From: Candidatus Weimeria sp.
Lineage (GTDB): Bacteria > Bacillota > Clostridia > Lachnospirales > Lachnospiraceae
NCBI GenBank assembly: GCA_051878915.1
Contig: JBJELA010000318.1
Coordinates: forward strand, 1 to 34,032
Reading direction: 5' to 3'
Length of the DNA stretch: 34,032 bases
In this document: piece after piece, positions 27,085 to 34,032 of the stretch
Layout of the letters: every line of letters starts with the position of its first letter
Numbering within the stretch: the first letter of the stretch is position 1
Notes under the pieces: model-generated
Told to the model about the DNA's origin: nothing
Database searches by the model: none
What the model saw: the letters and a program-made list of their open reading frames with translations, nothing else
Position numbers and translations under genes: made by a program

Positions 27085-28034
27085 AGAGAACAATACTTAG
27101 AGTAATAACAGGAGCCTATGCGGTCATTCTTACAACATGTGCTCCGGCAACGACAGCATTGGCGAACACTGGCAAAGAAGCAGAGTGTATCTGCTCAGTC
27201 AGATGCGAAGAGAAGGTCAATGATACCTGCCCTGCTTGCAGAGAGGATGTAGCACTCTGTCAGGGAATAGCAAAGGTGGAAGAGGACAGAGATAAGAAGG
27301 ATGATCAGGTGGAGACAGACGGTGAGCCACTCACACCGGATGGAAATCTGAATCTTATTGATGACTATGGTACAAAGGAAGAGGATAAGTCGGGCAAGCA
27401 GTTCCTGACATTTACCACGAAGAATGGCAACTATTTTTATATGATCGTTGACCGTGACGACAGCGGCAATGAGACAGTACATTTCCTCAATATGGTAGAC
27501 GAATCGGACCTCTTAGCTCTTATGGATGACGACGCGAAGAAAGAGCTAGGAGTAGAGACTGATCAGGAGAAGGAAGAGAAAGAAAAGAAGGAAGCCGAGG
27601 AGAAGGAGAAAAAGGCTGCTGAGCAGAAAAAGAAGGCAGCAGCTGCAAAGAAGAAAAAGCAGAAGAAGTCTCCTAATGGTGCTCTTGTACTCCTGCTTCT
27701 AATAGGATTCGGTGGTATTGGAATCTATGCTTACAAGAAGTTCGGCAATAAGGATAAGAACGATGGCGGACCTGATCCGGATGCAGACTATTCAGAAGAC
27801 GAAAGCGACTACATCGAACAGCTGAACTCTGGAGAGGCAGAGAATGCGGAACACTTCTATGAGGATTCAGAGGATGGATACAAGGACAACTCATATAGCA
27901 ACGATCACGAGGAGTCATCCGGTCATGATGAGACAGAAAATGATGAAGGTGCTGATGATGATTTATATGATACTTATGACAATTCTCATATGTTTGAGGA
28001 ATCTGATAATGGAGCAGATGGAGATGACGAGTAA
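27081..28034 (+). CDS. DUF4366-like membrane-anchored ICE protein
   Basis: Signal peptide, Cys-rich N-domain, LTPDGNL..DD, KQFLTFTTKNGNYFYMIVDRD..VHFLNMVDESDL, TM segment, acidic tail. Confidence 0.85.
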   Translation: MKRTILRVITGAYAVILTTCAPATTALANTGKEAECICSVRCEEKVNDTCPACREDVALCQGIAKVEEDRDKKDDQVETDGEPLTPDGNLNLIDDYGTKEEDKSGKQFLTFTTKNGNYFYMIVDRDDSGNETVHFLNMVDESDLLALMDDDAKKELGVETDQEKEEKEKKEAEEKEKKAAEQKKKAAAAKKKKQKKSPNGALVLLLLIGFGGIGIYAYKKFGNKDKNDGGPDPDADYSEDESDYIEQLNSGEAENAEHFYEDSEDGYKDNSYSNDHEESSGHDETENDEGADDDLYDTYDNSHMFEESDNGADGDDE

Positions 28035-28043
28035 TATTTTTCA

Positions 28044-28076
28044 GAGAGGCAGTCGGTAACGGCTGTCTCTATTTTT
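28044..28076 (+). terminator. Intrinsic terminator-like hairpin
   Basis: AGAGGCAGTCG-GTAA-CGGCTGTCTCT followed by ATTTTT. Confidence 0.7.
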
Positions 28077-28094
28077 ACAGAAAGGCAGGAAGTT

Positions 28095-28283
28095 ATGACA
28101 GAGATGATTACAGACGTGATGATTGAGCGGGCATCGACCGGGGTGGGCTATTCAGAGTATATCAGGCAGCTGAATATTCTTCGCGACAGGCAGAAGGCAC
28201 AGCCGAAGAAATCAATCAAAGACAGACTCTCACTCCTTAAAGGAGAAATCAGCAGAGAGGAGGCGGCAGAAGATGTATCTTGA
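28095..28283 (+). CDS. Small hypothetical protein
   Basis: 62 aa with purine-rich RBS; carries the KKSIKDRL tail motif. Confidence 0.55.
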   Translation: MTEMITDVMIERASTGVGYSEYIRQLNILRDRQKAQPKKSIKDRLSLLKGEISREEAAEDVS

Positions 28284-28458
28284 ATCAAGTTATAGGAGTT
28301 ATGTATTTAACTCAAAGGAAGAAATAATAGACTTCCTGAAGACTGTGGATGAGGATTACGCGAAACTGGATGTATCAGTCAATGTGGAGGACAGAGGTGT
28401 CAATGGAGAAAAGAGAAATACAGATATCATCTATCGAAGAACTGAAGGACTTTCTTGA
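28273..28458 (+). CDS. Small hypothetical protein
   Basis: GGAGG RBS, 61 aa, overlaps its neighbours. Confidence 0.5.
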   Translation: MYLESSYRSYVFNSKEEIIDFLKTVDEDYAKLDVSVNVEDRGVNGEKRNTDIIYRRTEGLS

Positions 28459-28534
28459 GTGGTGTCATGATGACATGCAGGTGAATATCACCATAGAGGC
28501 ACCGGAGAGGAGAGCCGATGGCAAAGAAGATTAA
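28403..28534 (+). CDS. Small hypothetical protein (43 aa)
   Basis: GAGGTG RBS before ATG 28403; MEKREIQISSIEELKDFLEW. Confidence 0.5.
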   Translation: MEKREIQISSIEELKDFLEWCHDDMQVNITIEAPERRADGKED

Positions 28535-29153
28535 AGGCCAGTATTCGATGGACGACTACAAGCTTCAGCAGGTGGATGTACGTCTGCGGCTTCAGGATGG
28601 CCCGGCATACTACAGCAATAAGCCAATTGATAATCCCAGGGATGCAGTAGATGTCATGAAGGATGTACTGAAGGAGTTGGACAGAGAGATGGTGTGCGTA
28701 GTAAATCTCGACACACAGCTCAAACCTGTGAACTTCAATGTGGTATCTGTCGGATCAGTATGTGAGTCGATAGCCCCGATCCAGAACATTATGAAATCAG
28801 GAATCCTCTCAAATACAGAGATTCTGATGTTGCTACACAATCACCCATCAGGGAGTCTCGTGCCGTCAACACAAGACTACGAGCTTACAAGAAGACTTAT
28901 CGAGGCATCGAAGCTGATGGGGATGCAGGTGGCAGATCATATAATAGTTGGTGGTATCACAGGAGATACCTACAGCTTCAGAAATCACAATCCGGATATG
29001 TTTCAGGGACAGGACATAGATCTCAAGTATATTCACAAGATGACAGGAGTAGCTGAGAAGCCATCAGTCATCAAGAAGATCAGTGAAAAGAAATCCGAGA
29101 TCCCGAAGCAGAATAAGAAACCAGCAGTAAAGCACAAGGAGCCTACAAGGTGA
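28518..29153 (+). CDS. RadC-like JAB domain protein
   Basis: DRE...HNHPSG...PS.QD...DHIIV motif. Confidence 0.88.
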   Translation: MAKKIKGQYSMDDYKLQQVDVRLRLQDGPAYYSNKPIDNPRDAVDVMKDVLKELDREMVCVVNLDTQLKPVNFNVVSVGSVCESIAPIQNIMKSGILSNTEILMLLHNHPSGSLVPSTQDYELTRRLIEASKLMGMQVADHIIVGGITGDTYSFRNHNPDMFQGQDIDLKYIHKMTGVAEKPSVIKKISEKKSEIPKQNKKPAVKHKEPTR

Positions 29154-29168
29154 GAAGGAGTATCGAGT

Positions 29169-29534
29169 ATGATGATAAGAGGTCAGATAAAGATAAACGG
29201 ATGGGATGAAGTCAGAGGCATCACATCAGTACAGGAAGATTTTGGAACAATTGCTGAGCAGATCGCGGCCGACAAGGCTCAGGGTATCCAGCCGGGACAG
29301 GAGTATCTGAAAAATGCAGAGATGCAGATGGAGGATGACTACAATTCAATCGACGGTATCATAAATAACGGCAGTAAGAAGGATATCGAGGAAGAGCAGC
29401 AGAAGGCATCAGTCAAGGAAAAACTTCACGAGTATGATGCGAAGCTCAAGAAGGAGCTGACAGAACAGCCAAAGGCACCAGATCGGCAGAAGCTGTGCCA
29501 GTGCTTCTGTCCGGAGCATGTGGTGGATTTCTGA
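29169..29534 (+). CDS. DUF4316-like protein
   Basis: YLKNAEMQMEDDYNSIDGIINNG motif. Confidence 0.8.
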   Translation: MMIRGQIKINGWDEVRGITSVQEDFGTIAEQIAADKAQGIQPGQEYLKNAEMQMEDDYNSIDGIINNGSKKDIEEEQQKASVKEKLHEYDAKLKKELTEQPKAPDRQKLCQCFCPEHVVDF

Positions 29535-29866
29535 TGGCAAAGCAGACAGAACAGTTTCATTTTTATGCGACAAAGGATGAGGCAGAGCTGATCCATAAGC
29601 GGATGGAAGAATCTGGGATGAAGAATAAGTGTGCATACCTTCGGGAGATGGCATTGAACGGATACATGGTCAATGTAGATGTCACAGATGTGAAAGAGAT
29701 GACAGGACTGTTAGGACGATACGGCAACAACATAAATCAGATAGCAAGACGTGCCAATGAATCAGGAAGTGTCAGCACGGGTGATGTGAGGATGATCCAG
29801 AATCAGATGAAGGAGCTCTACGATATGCTGCGCAGGATACTTAACCGTATCTCTGATATTTTCTGA
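29534..29866 (+). CDS. mobC: MobC relaxosome accessory protein
   Basis: YLREMALNG, GNNINQIARRAN motifs; TGATG coupling at 29534. Confidence 0.9.
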   Translation: MAKQTEQFHFYATKDEAELIHKRMEESGMKNKCAYLREMALNGYMVNVDVTDVKEMTGLLGRYGNNINQIARRANESGSVSTGDVRMIQNQMKELYDMLRRILNRISDIF

Positions 29867-29884
29867 TAAGGTTGGTGGTTGTGA

Positions 29885-31291
29885 ATGGCAGCGACAAGGA
29901 TCATACCGATGCATATCAACAAAGGCAAGACTGTCAGTGCATGTCTTAAAGCACGTGTTGAATATGCGAAGAATGGAGAAAAGACTGAACAGGGAAGATT
30001 CGTTTCATCATACGAATGCAATCCTGAAACGGCAGACCAGGAATTTCTTCTGTCCAGGTCAGTTTACAAGAGAACGACTGGCAGAAAATATAAGGGCGAT
30101 GTGATAGCATATCAGCTTCGACAGTCATTCAAGCCGGGTGAGATCACGCCAGAGGAAGCAAACCGTATTGGGTATGAGACGGCAATGAGGTATACCAAAG
30201 GCAGGCATGCATTTATTGTCTGCACTCATACTGACAGGCCGCACATTCATAATCACATCATCTTCAATTCTATTAATCTGGATGCTGACAGGAAATTTAA
30301 GAACAGCTGGCTGAGCTATCTTGGACTGAGGACGCTTTCGGATATCATCTGTCTTGAACACGGTATGTCTGTCATTGTTCCGAGAAAATTTGCAGAGCAG
30401 GACAGGGGCAGCCGATATCATAGCGTGTCATTCAGACAGATACTGCGTGCGAAGATAGATGAGATTATGAATGACAGGCCTGACTCTTTTGAAAAATTTC
30501 TGGATAAGCTGCATGAGCAGGGTTATGAGATTAAGTGCGGAAAGCATACAGCTGTCAAGGGAAAAGATCAGAAGAGATTTATCAGGCTTGACTCTCTGGG
30601 TGAGGGGTACACCGAGGAAGAACTCCGCAGAGAACTGGATGGAGAACCACATGAGTTAGAGGAAAAAGAATCCTCTAAAACTCCTAAGAAAAAAAGAGAC
30701 TTTGAGTATCTGATAGATATCCAGGAAAAGATTCGCCAGGGGAAGGGAAAAGGCTATGAGTATTGGGCGAAGAATTTCAATACGAAGCAGGTCGCCGAGA
30801 CTGTAATCTTTTTACAGCGTAATGATGTGACTAGCTATGAACTCCTGCAGGAGAGAGCAGAATCATCAGCTAATAAATTTCATCAGATATCAGAGAAGAT
30901 AAAAGACTGTGAAGAGCGTCTTGATGAGATCGCTGAGATGAAGAAGGCAATCATAAATTTTGCAAAGACAAAGAAAGTATTCGATGCCTATCACAAGTCA
31001 GGCTACAGCAAAAAGTTTTTTGAGGAGCATCGGGCTGAGATAATGCTCTACAAATCTGCGAAGGATGTTTTCAAAAAGTATAAAGGGAAAAAACTTCCGA
31101 AGGTGAAGGGACTGTCAGATGAGTTCGGCCGGATTCTCTCGGAAAAAAGAAAACTCTATGAGGAATATAAGACCGCTAAGAAAGAGATGATGGATTATCA
31201 GATCGCAAAGTCTAATGTCGATAAGGTCAAAAGATATCAGCCGGATAAGGATGAACCTGACAGAAGCAAAACTGAAAGTAAGACAAGATAG
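29885..31291 (+). CDS. MOBP-type relaxase
   Basis: Y..N..KT, QSFKPGE, HTDRPHIHNHIIFN (HUH) motifs. Confidence 0.93.
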   Translation: MAATRIIPMHINKGKTVSACLKARVEYAKNGEKTEQGRFVSSYECNPETADQEFLLSRSVYKRTTGRKYKGDVIAYQLRQSFKPGEITPEEANRIGYETAMRYTKGRHAFIVCTHTDRPHIHNHIIFNSINLDADRKFKNSWLSYLGLRTLSDIICLEHGMSVIVPRKFAEQDRGSRYHSVSFRQILRAKIDEIMNDRPDSFEKFLDKLHEQGYEIKCGKHTAVKGKDQKRFIRLDSLGEGYTEEELRRELDGEPHELEEKESSKTPKKKRDFEYLIDIQEKIRQGKGKGYEYWAKNFNTKQVAETVIFLQRNDVTSYELLQERAESSANKFHQISEKIKDCEERLDEIAEMKKAIINFAKTKKVFDAYHKSGYSKKFFEEHRAEIMLYKSAKDVFKKYKGKKLPKVKGLSDEFGRILSEKRKLYEEYKTAKKEMMDYQIAKSNVDKVKRYQPDKDEPDRSKTESKTR

Positions 31292-31296
31292 TAATG

Positions 31297-31331
31297 GCAG
31301 ACTGCATCAGTAGATGTGGTCTGCTCTTTTT
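31297..31331 (+). terminator. Terminator after the relaxase gene
   Basis: GCAGACTGCATC-AGTA-GATGTGGTCTGC followed by TCTTTTT. Confidence 0.7.
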
Positions 31332-31374
31332 ATTTTGCTCAAGAATGATGTAACTGATTGAATGACAATGATTA

Positions 31375-31486
31375 ACCGAAGCGAAGCGAGGTGATGCTCT
31401 GGCTGCGAAGCAGACAGATGAGAGGGGCGTGGGGAGAATCTCCCCAACGAGCGGTCTGTTTTTGTACAAACAGACATTGCTCGCGA
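31375..31486. other. Putative oriT
   Basis: CGAAG repeats, palindrome TGGGGAGA-A-TCTCCCCA, hairpin GTCTGTTT-N6-AAACAGAC within GAGC...GCTC; adjacent to the relaxase gene. Confidence 0.5.
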
Positions 31487-31507
31487 TTAGTAGTATGGAT
31501 GATTTAA

Positions 31508-31543
31508 CTACCATTCGTTCCAGTATTCCTACCATTCACTCCA
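31508..31543 (+). promoter_or_regulatory. LytTR-type direct repeats (21-bp period)
   Basis: CTACCATTCGTTCCA-N6-CTACCATTCACTCCA upstream of a TATAGT -10 candidate. Confidence 0.65.
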
Positions 31544-31596
31544 AAAATATTTCCAATAGACTTTTTGTGTTATTATAGTAATACAAGGAGATTACT

Positions 31597-32310
31597 ATGA
31601 TTGAGATAGCTATTTGCGATGATTCGGAATATGCATGGAAAGATGTGGAAAAGCATCTGCTGAAGTACTCACTTGAAAATGAGTTTGACTACAGAATTGA
31701 TGAATATGAGTCCGGCGAAGAACTGCTGTGTTCGGGTAAAAAGTATGACATGGTCTTTATGGACTATGAATTTGAAAACAAGGGAAAAGATGGTATAACA
31801 ATATCCAGAGCACTCAGACACACAGATCCGGATGTGACGATAGTATTTTTGTCAGGATACCCGGAGGCTGTTTTTTCATCTTTTGAAGTAGCTGCTTTCA
31901 GATTTCTGCTTAAACCTATTGATGACGGCAAGTTTAATGAAACAATGGATTCATTTCTTACATCAATGAATAAAGACCGCATACTGAAGGTACACTCGCC
32001 AGGTAATTATCATTATGTGAATGAAAACAAAATCCTTTATGTGGAAGGACATGGAAAAAGGAGCATAATTCATCTTGGCACTCACAGTGATGATATAGAA
32101 TGTAGTGAGACACTGGCTTCAGTAGAAAACAGAGTAGATTCGCTAACATTTTATAGATGTCATAAGTCTTTTCTTATCAATATGAGACACGTGAAGGGCT
32201 ACAATTATAATTGTGTTACGCTGGACAATGGCGAAGCGGTTCTTATAAGCCGTAGAAAATACAGGCAGTTTGTAGAAAGGTATGCTGATTTTATAGCAGA
32301 ACAGGTGTAA
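31597..32310 (+). CDS. LytTR-family response regulator (AgrA-like)
   Basis: IAICDD, FMD, FLLKP receiver motifs; FYRCHKSFLIN..ISRR LytTR motif. Confidence 0.95.
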   Translation: MIEIAICDDSEYAWKDVEKHLLKYSLENEFDYRIDEYESGEELLCSGKKYDMVFMDYEFENKGKDGITISRALRHTDPDVTIVFLSGYPEAVFSSFEVAAFRFLLKPIDDGKFNETMDSFLTSMNKDRILKVHSPGNYHYVNENKILYVEGHGKRSIIHLGTHSDDIECSETLASVENRVDSLTFYRCHKSFLINMRHVKGYNYNCVTLDNGEAVLISRRKYRQFVERYADFIAEQV

Positions 32311-32314
32311 CTGA

Positions 32315-33637
32315 ATGAGGGAAATTATCATTGCTTTGATATTTTATACTGTATGGGGAATAGCAGATCTGTGGGGACTAAGAGTAATCTTTGACAAATT
32401 CCAGGTGCTTAGACGAGCAAGGAAACATAACTACAATTATATCTGGGTGGTCTATTATTTTGTGATCTCCTTTATATATTGTATTGTAAAATATTATCCT
32501 GTCCACACAATGGCAGTAAACCTGGCAGTGGACATATTATTTTTTGCATTTTATCTAAGGGTGGTACCATTTATATGGTCTGCATATGGTATAAATGCGA
32601 AGGCTCCGGCAGTAGTATTTTTCTATGAAGAATGTGAAGCAGTTATTTCATCATCACTTACTCTCATGGCAGTAAATGCTCTCGGGGTTTCGCTAGAAAT
32701 GCACACATTGATAGATGATTCATTCATGGCGATCATTTCGGTGGCATTTGCATTGATACTGTATGTACTCTTGTATTGTAAAAGAAATCAGCTGATCGAC
32801 ATAGGACTTGCAGATTTGTCAGTCTGGAATTATATAGCCCTTATAGCGCTCATATTCTGTACCGGGAATCTTGAAACTGTTGTGTGGTACAGGACTGACA
32901 GCATCAGAGGACGCGTATATGTAACTCTGGTCATGCTCCTTGTACTGGTACTTACGATGATGTATATATTCATAAATGAGCGGAATTTTTCTTTAGGTAA
33001 TGTGATCGGAGTCCTGAAACATCAGATGAAAGACCTGACAGAATATTACCAGGAGCTTGTCAGCAAAGAAAAAGAGCTTAGAAAAATCCGTCATGACACA
33101 AAAAATCATATGCAGGCAGTTTACTCTCTGATTGAGACTGATAGAAAACAGGAGGCCCTTGAATATCTGGAAAAAATTGATAAAAAATATCAGATGACTT
33201 CGAGACAATTTGATACCGGCAATTTTATTGCAGATGCACTTCTGAGTTCAAAGGTTCGTGATGCAGAGAAACACGACACTGAGATATTTTTTGAAGGGGT
33301 TATCCCCTCTGCAAAAATAGACGATGTGGACATTGTGACGCTGCTGTCGAATATGCTTGATAATGCTCTGGAAGCGTGTGAAAAGTCAGAAGGCAGTAAG
33401 AAGATCATAATTGAATCCCGATTCAAAGATCCCATGTGGGTACTTACTATGAAAAATCCGGTAATGGGTCCTGTTGATATAGAAATGAATCATGTAGTTA
33501 CAACAAAGTCGGATAATAAACTTCATGGCATAGGCATTTCAAATATGGAGCAGGTGGTAAGAAAATACCATGGCATTATACGTCTGGAATGTGAGGATGA
33601 TCAGTTCACGGTGCGTGCCGGCCTGGAACTGAAATGA
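32315..33637 (+). CDS. GHKL sensor histidine kinase (AgrC-like)
   Basis: Multi-TM N-terminus; RHDTKNH, NMLDNALEA, HGIGISN motifs. Confidence 0.92.
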   Translation: MREIIIALIFYTVWGIADLWGLRVIFDKFQVLRRARKHNYNYIWVVYYFVISFIYCIVKYYPVHTMAVNLAVDILFFAFYLRVVPFIWSAYGINAKAPAVVFFYEECEAVISSSLTLMAVNALGVSLEMHTLIDDSFMAIISVAFALILYVLLYCKRNQLIDIGLADLSVWNYIALIALIFCTGNLETVVWYRTDSIRGRVYVTLVMLLVLVLTMMYIFINERNFSLGNVIGVLKHQMKDLTEYYQELVSKEKELRKIRHDTKNHMQAVYSLIETDRKQEALEYLEKIDKKYQMTSRQFDTGNFIADALLSSKVRDAEKHDTEIFFEGVIPSAKIDDVDIVTLLSNMLDNALEACEKSEGSKKIIIESRFKDPMWVLTMKNPVMGPVDIEMNHVVTTKSDNKLHGIGISNMEQVVRKYHGIIRLECEDDQFTVRAGLELK

Positions 33638-33640
33638 TCA

Positions 33641-33710
33641 ACTACCTTTCATTCCAATTTACCTGCATCATACTCCCAAAATGGTTTTTGAATTTTTTTT
33701 GTGCTATAGT
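33641..33710 (+). promoter_or_regulatory. Second LytTR-type promoter
   Basis: ACTACCTTTCATTCCA...ACTCCCAAAA...GTGCTATAGT parallels the 31507-31579 block. Confidence 0.5.
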
Positions 33711-33814
33711 GAGTATGGCCAACGTGTTAGAAGTGACCTGAGAGGTTGATTTTTAGGCGGAGCCATTCTCTCGTTACATAGGATGTTAGTTATATTTTAA
33801 ATGAGGTGTTTACA

Positions 33815-34012
33815 ATGAAAAGAGTACTCAAGAGGTTATTGTCAATTGTTTCGTGCGTGACGATGGTTGGAACAATTTTCTGTACATCAATACCAGCCCA
33901 CGCGTCAACAGTGGAAGGTGCTTATGCAAACAGTGATTTTAAAAAGTGCGAAATGACTTATGGAAAGAATCCGTTCGTAAATTGCAATAACAAGTTGGAC
34001 ACCTTCCACTAG
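33815..34012 (+). CDS. Small secreted protein/peptide, possibly truncated
   Basis: GAGGTG RBS; Sec-type signal MKRVLKR...PAHA, leaving a 35-aa mature part with two Cys. Confidence 0.5.
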   Translation: MKRVLKRLLSIVSCVTMVGTIFCTSIPAHASTVEGAYANSDFKKCEMTYGKNPFVNCNNKLDTFH

Positions 34013-34032
34013 GCAGCAGTCTGGTAGATTCG

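Larger units (their letters stand above)
9591..34032 (+). mobile_element. Tn1549-like integrative conjugative element adjacent to the lysS 3' end; right end outside the window
   Basis: Co-oriented parAB, RepA_N, VirD4, VirB6, PrgI, VirB4, NlpC/P60, MobC and relaxase genes directly after lysS. Left boundary is approximate. Confidence 0.85.

Noticed and set aside
31227-31535. 102-aa minus-strand ORF after the relaxase
   Set aside because: It overlaps the terminator, putative oriT and LytTR boxes and has no protein-like features.
9591-34032. Prophage, or an integrase within the window
   Set aside because: No phage structural genes and no tyrosine or serine recombinase motifs; the content is conjugative.

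Overview
Clostridial (Lachnospiraceae-like) chromosomal segment. Bases 1-9590 are host backbone: argF 3' end, a DUF6145-like gene, coaX, cbiL/cobI, cdd, a small alarmone synthetase plus two-component operon, a degenerate PIN-like gene, greA, and lysS with a fused tRNA-binding domain. This part has unusually repeat-rich intergenic DNA, notably a 63-bp-period palindromic array flanked by a duplicated ~82-bp promoter block. From ~9600 on lies a Tn1549-like integrative conjugative element next to the lysS 3' end: two excisionase-like HTH genes, parAB, two RepA_N genes with iterons, cargo (membrane protein, interrupted surE), PcfB/VirD4/Maff2/VirB6/PrgI/VirB4/NlpC-P60, RadC-like, MobC, relaxase, putative oriT, and an AT-richer LytTR/GHKL pair with a small secreted ORF. 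No integrase is visible in the window. The most interesting signals are the palindromic array, a shared C-terminal tail on unrelated ICE proteins (candidate T4SS export tag), a G-U-only 26-bp RNA stem before virB6, and repeated SSB-tail-like motifs. Family names are recognised from sequence motifs, not from database searches.
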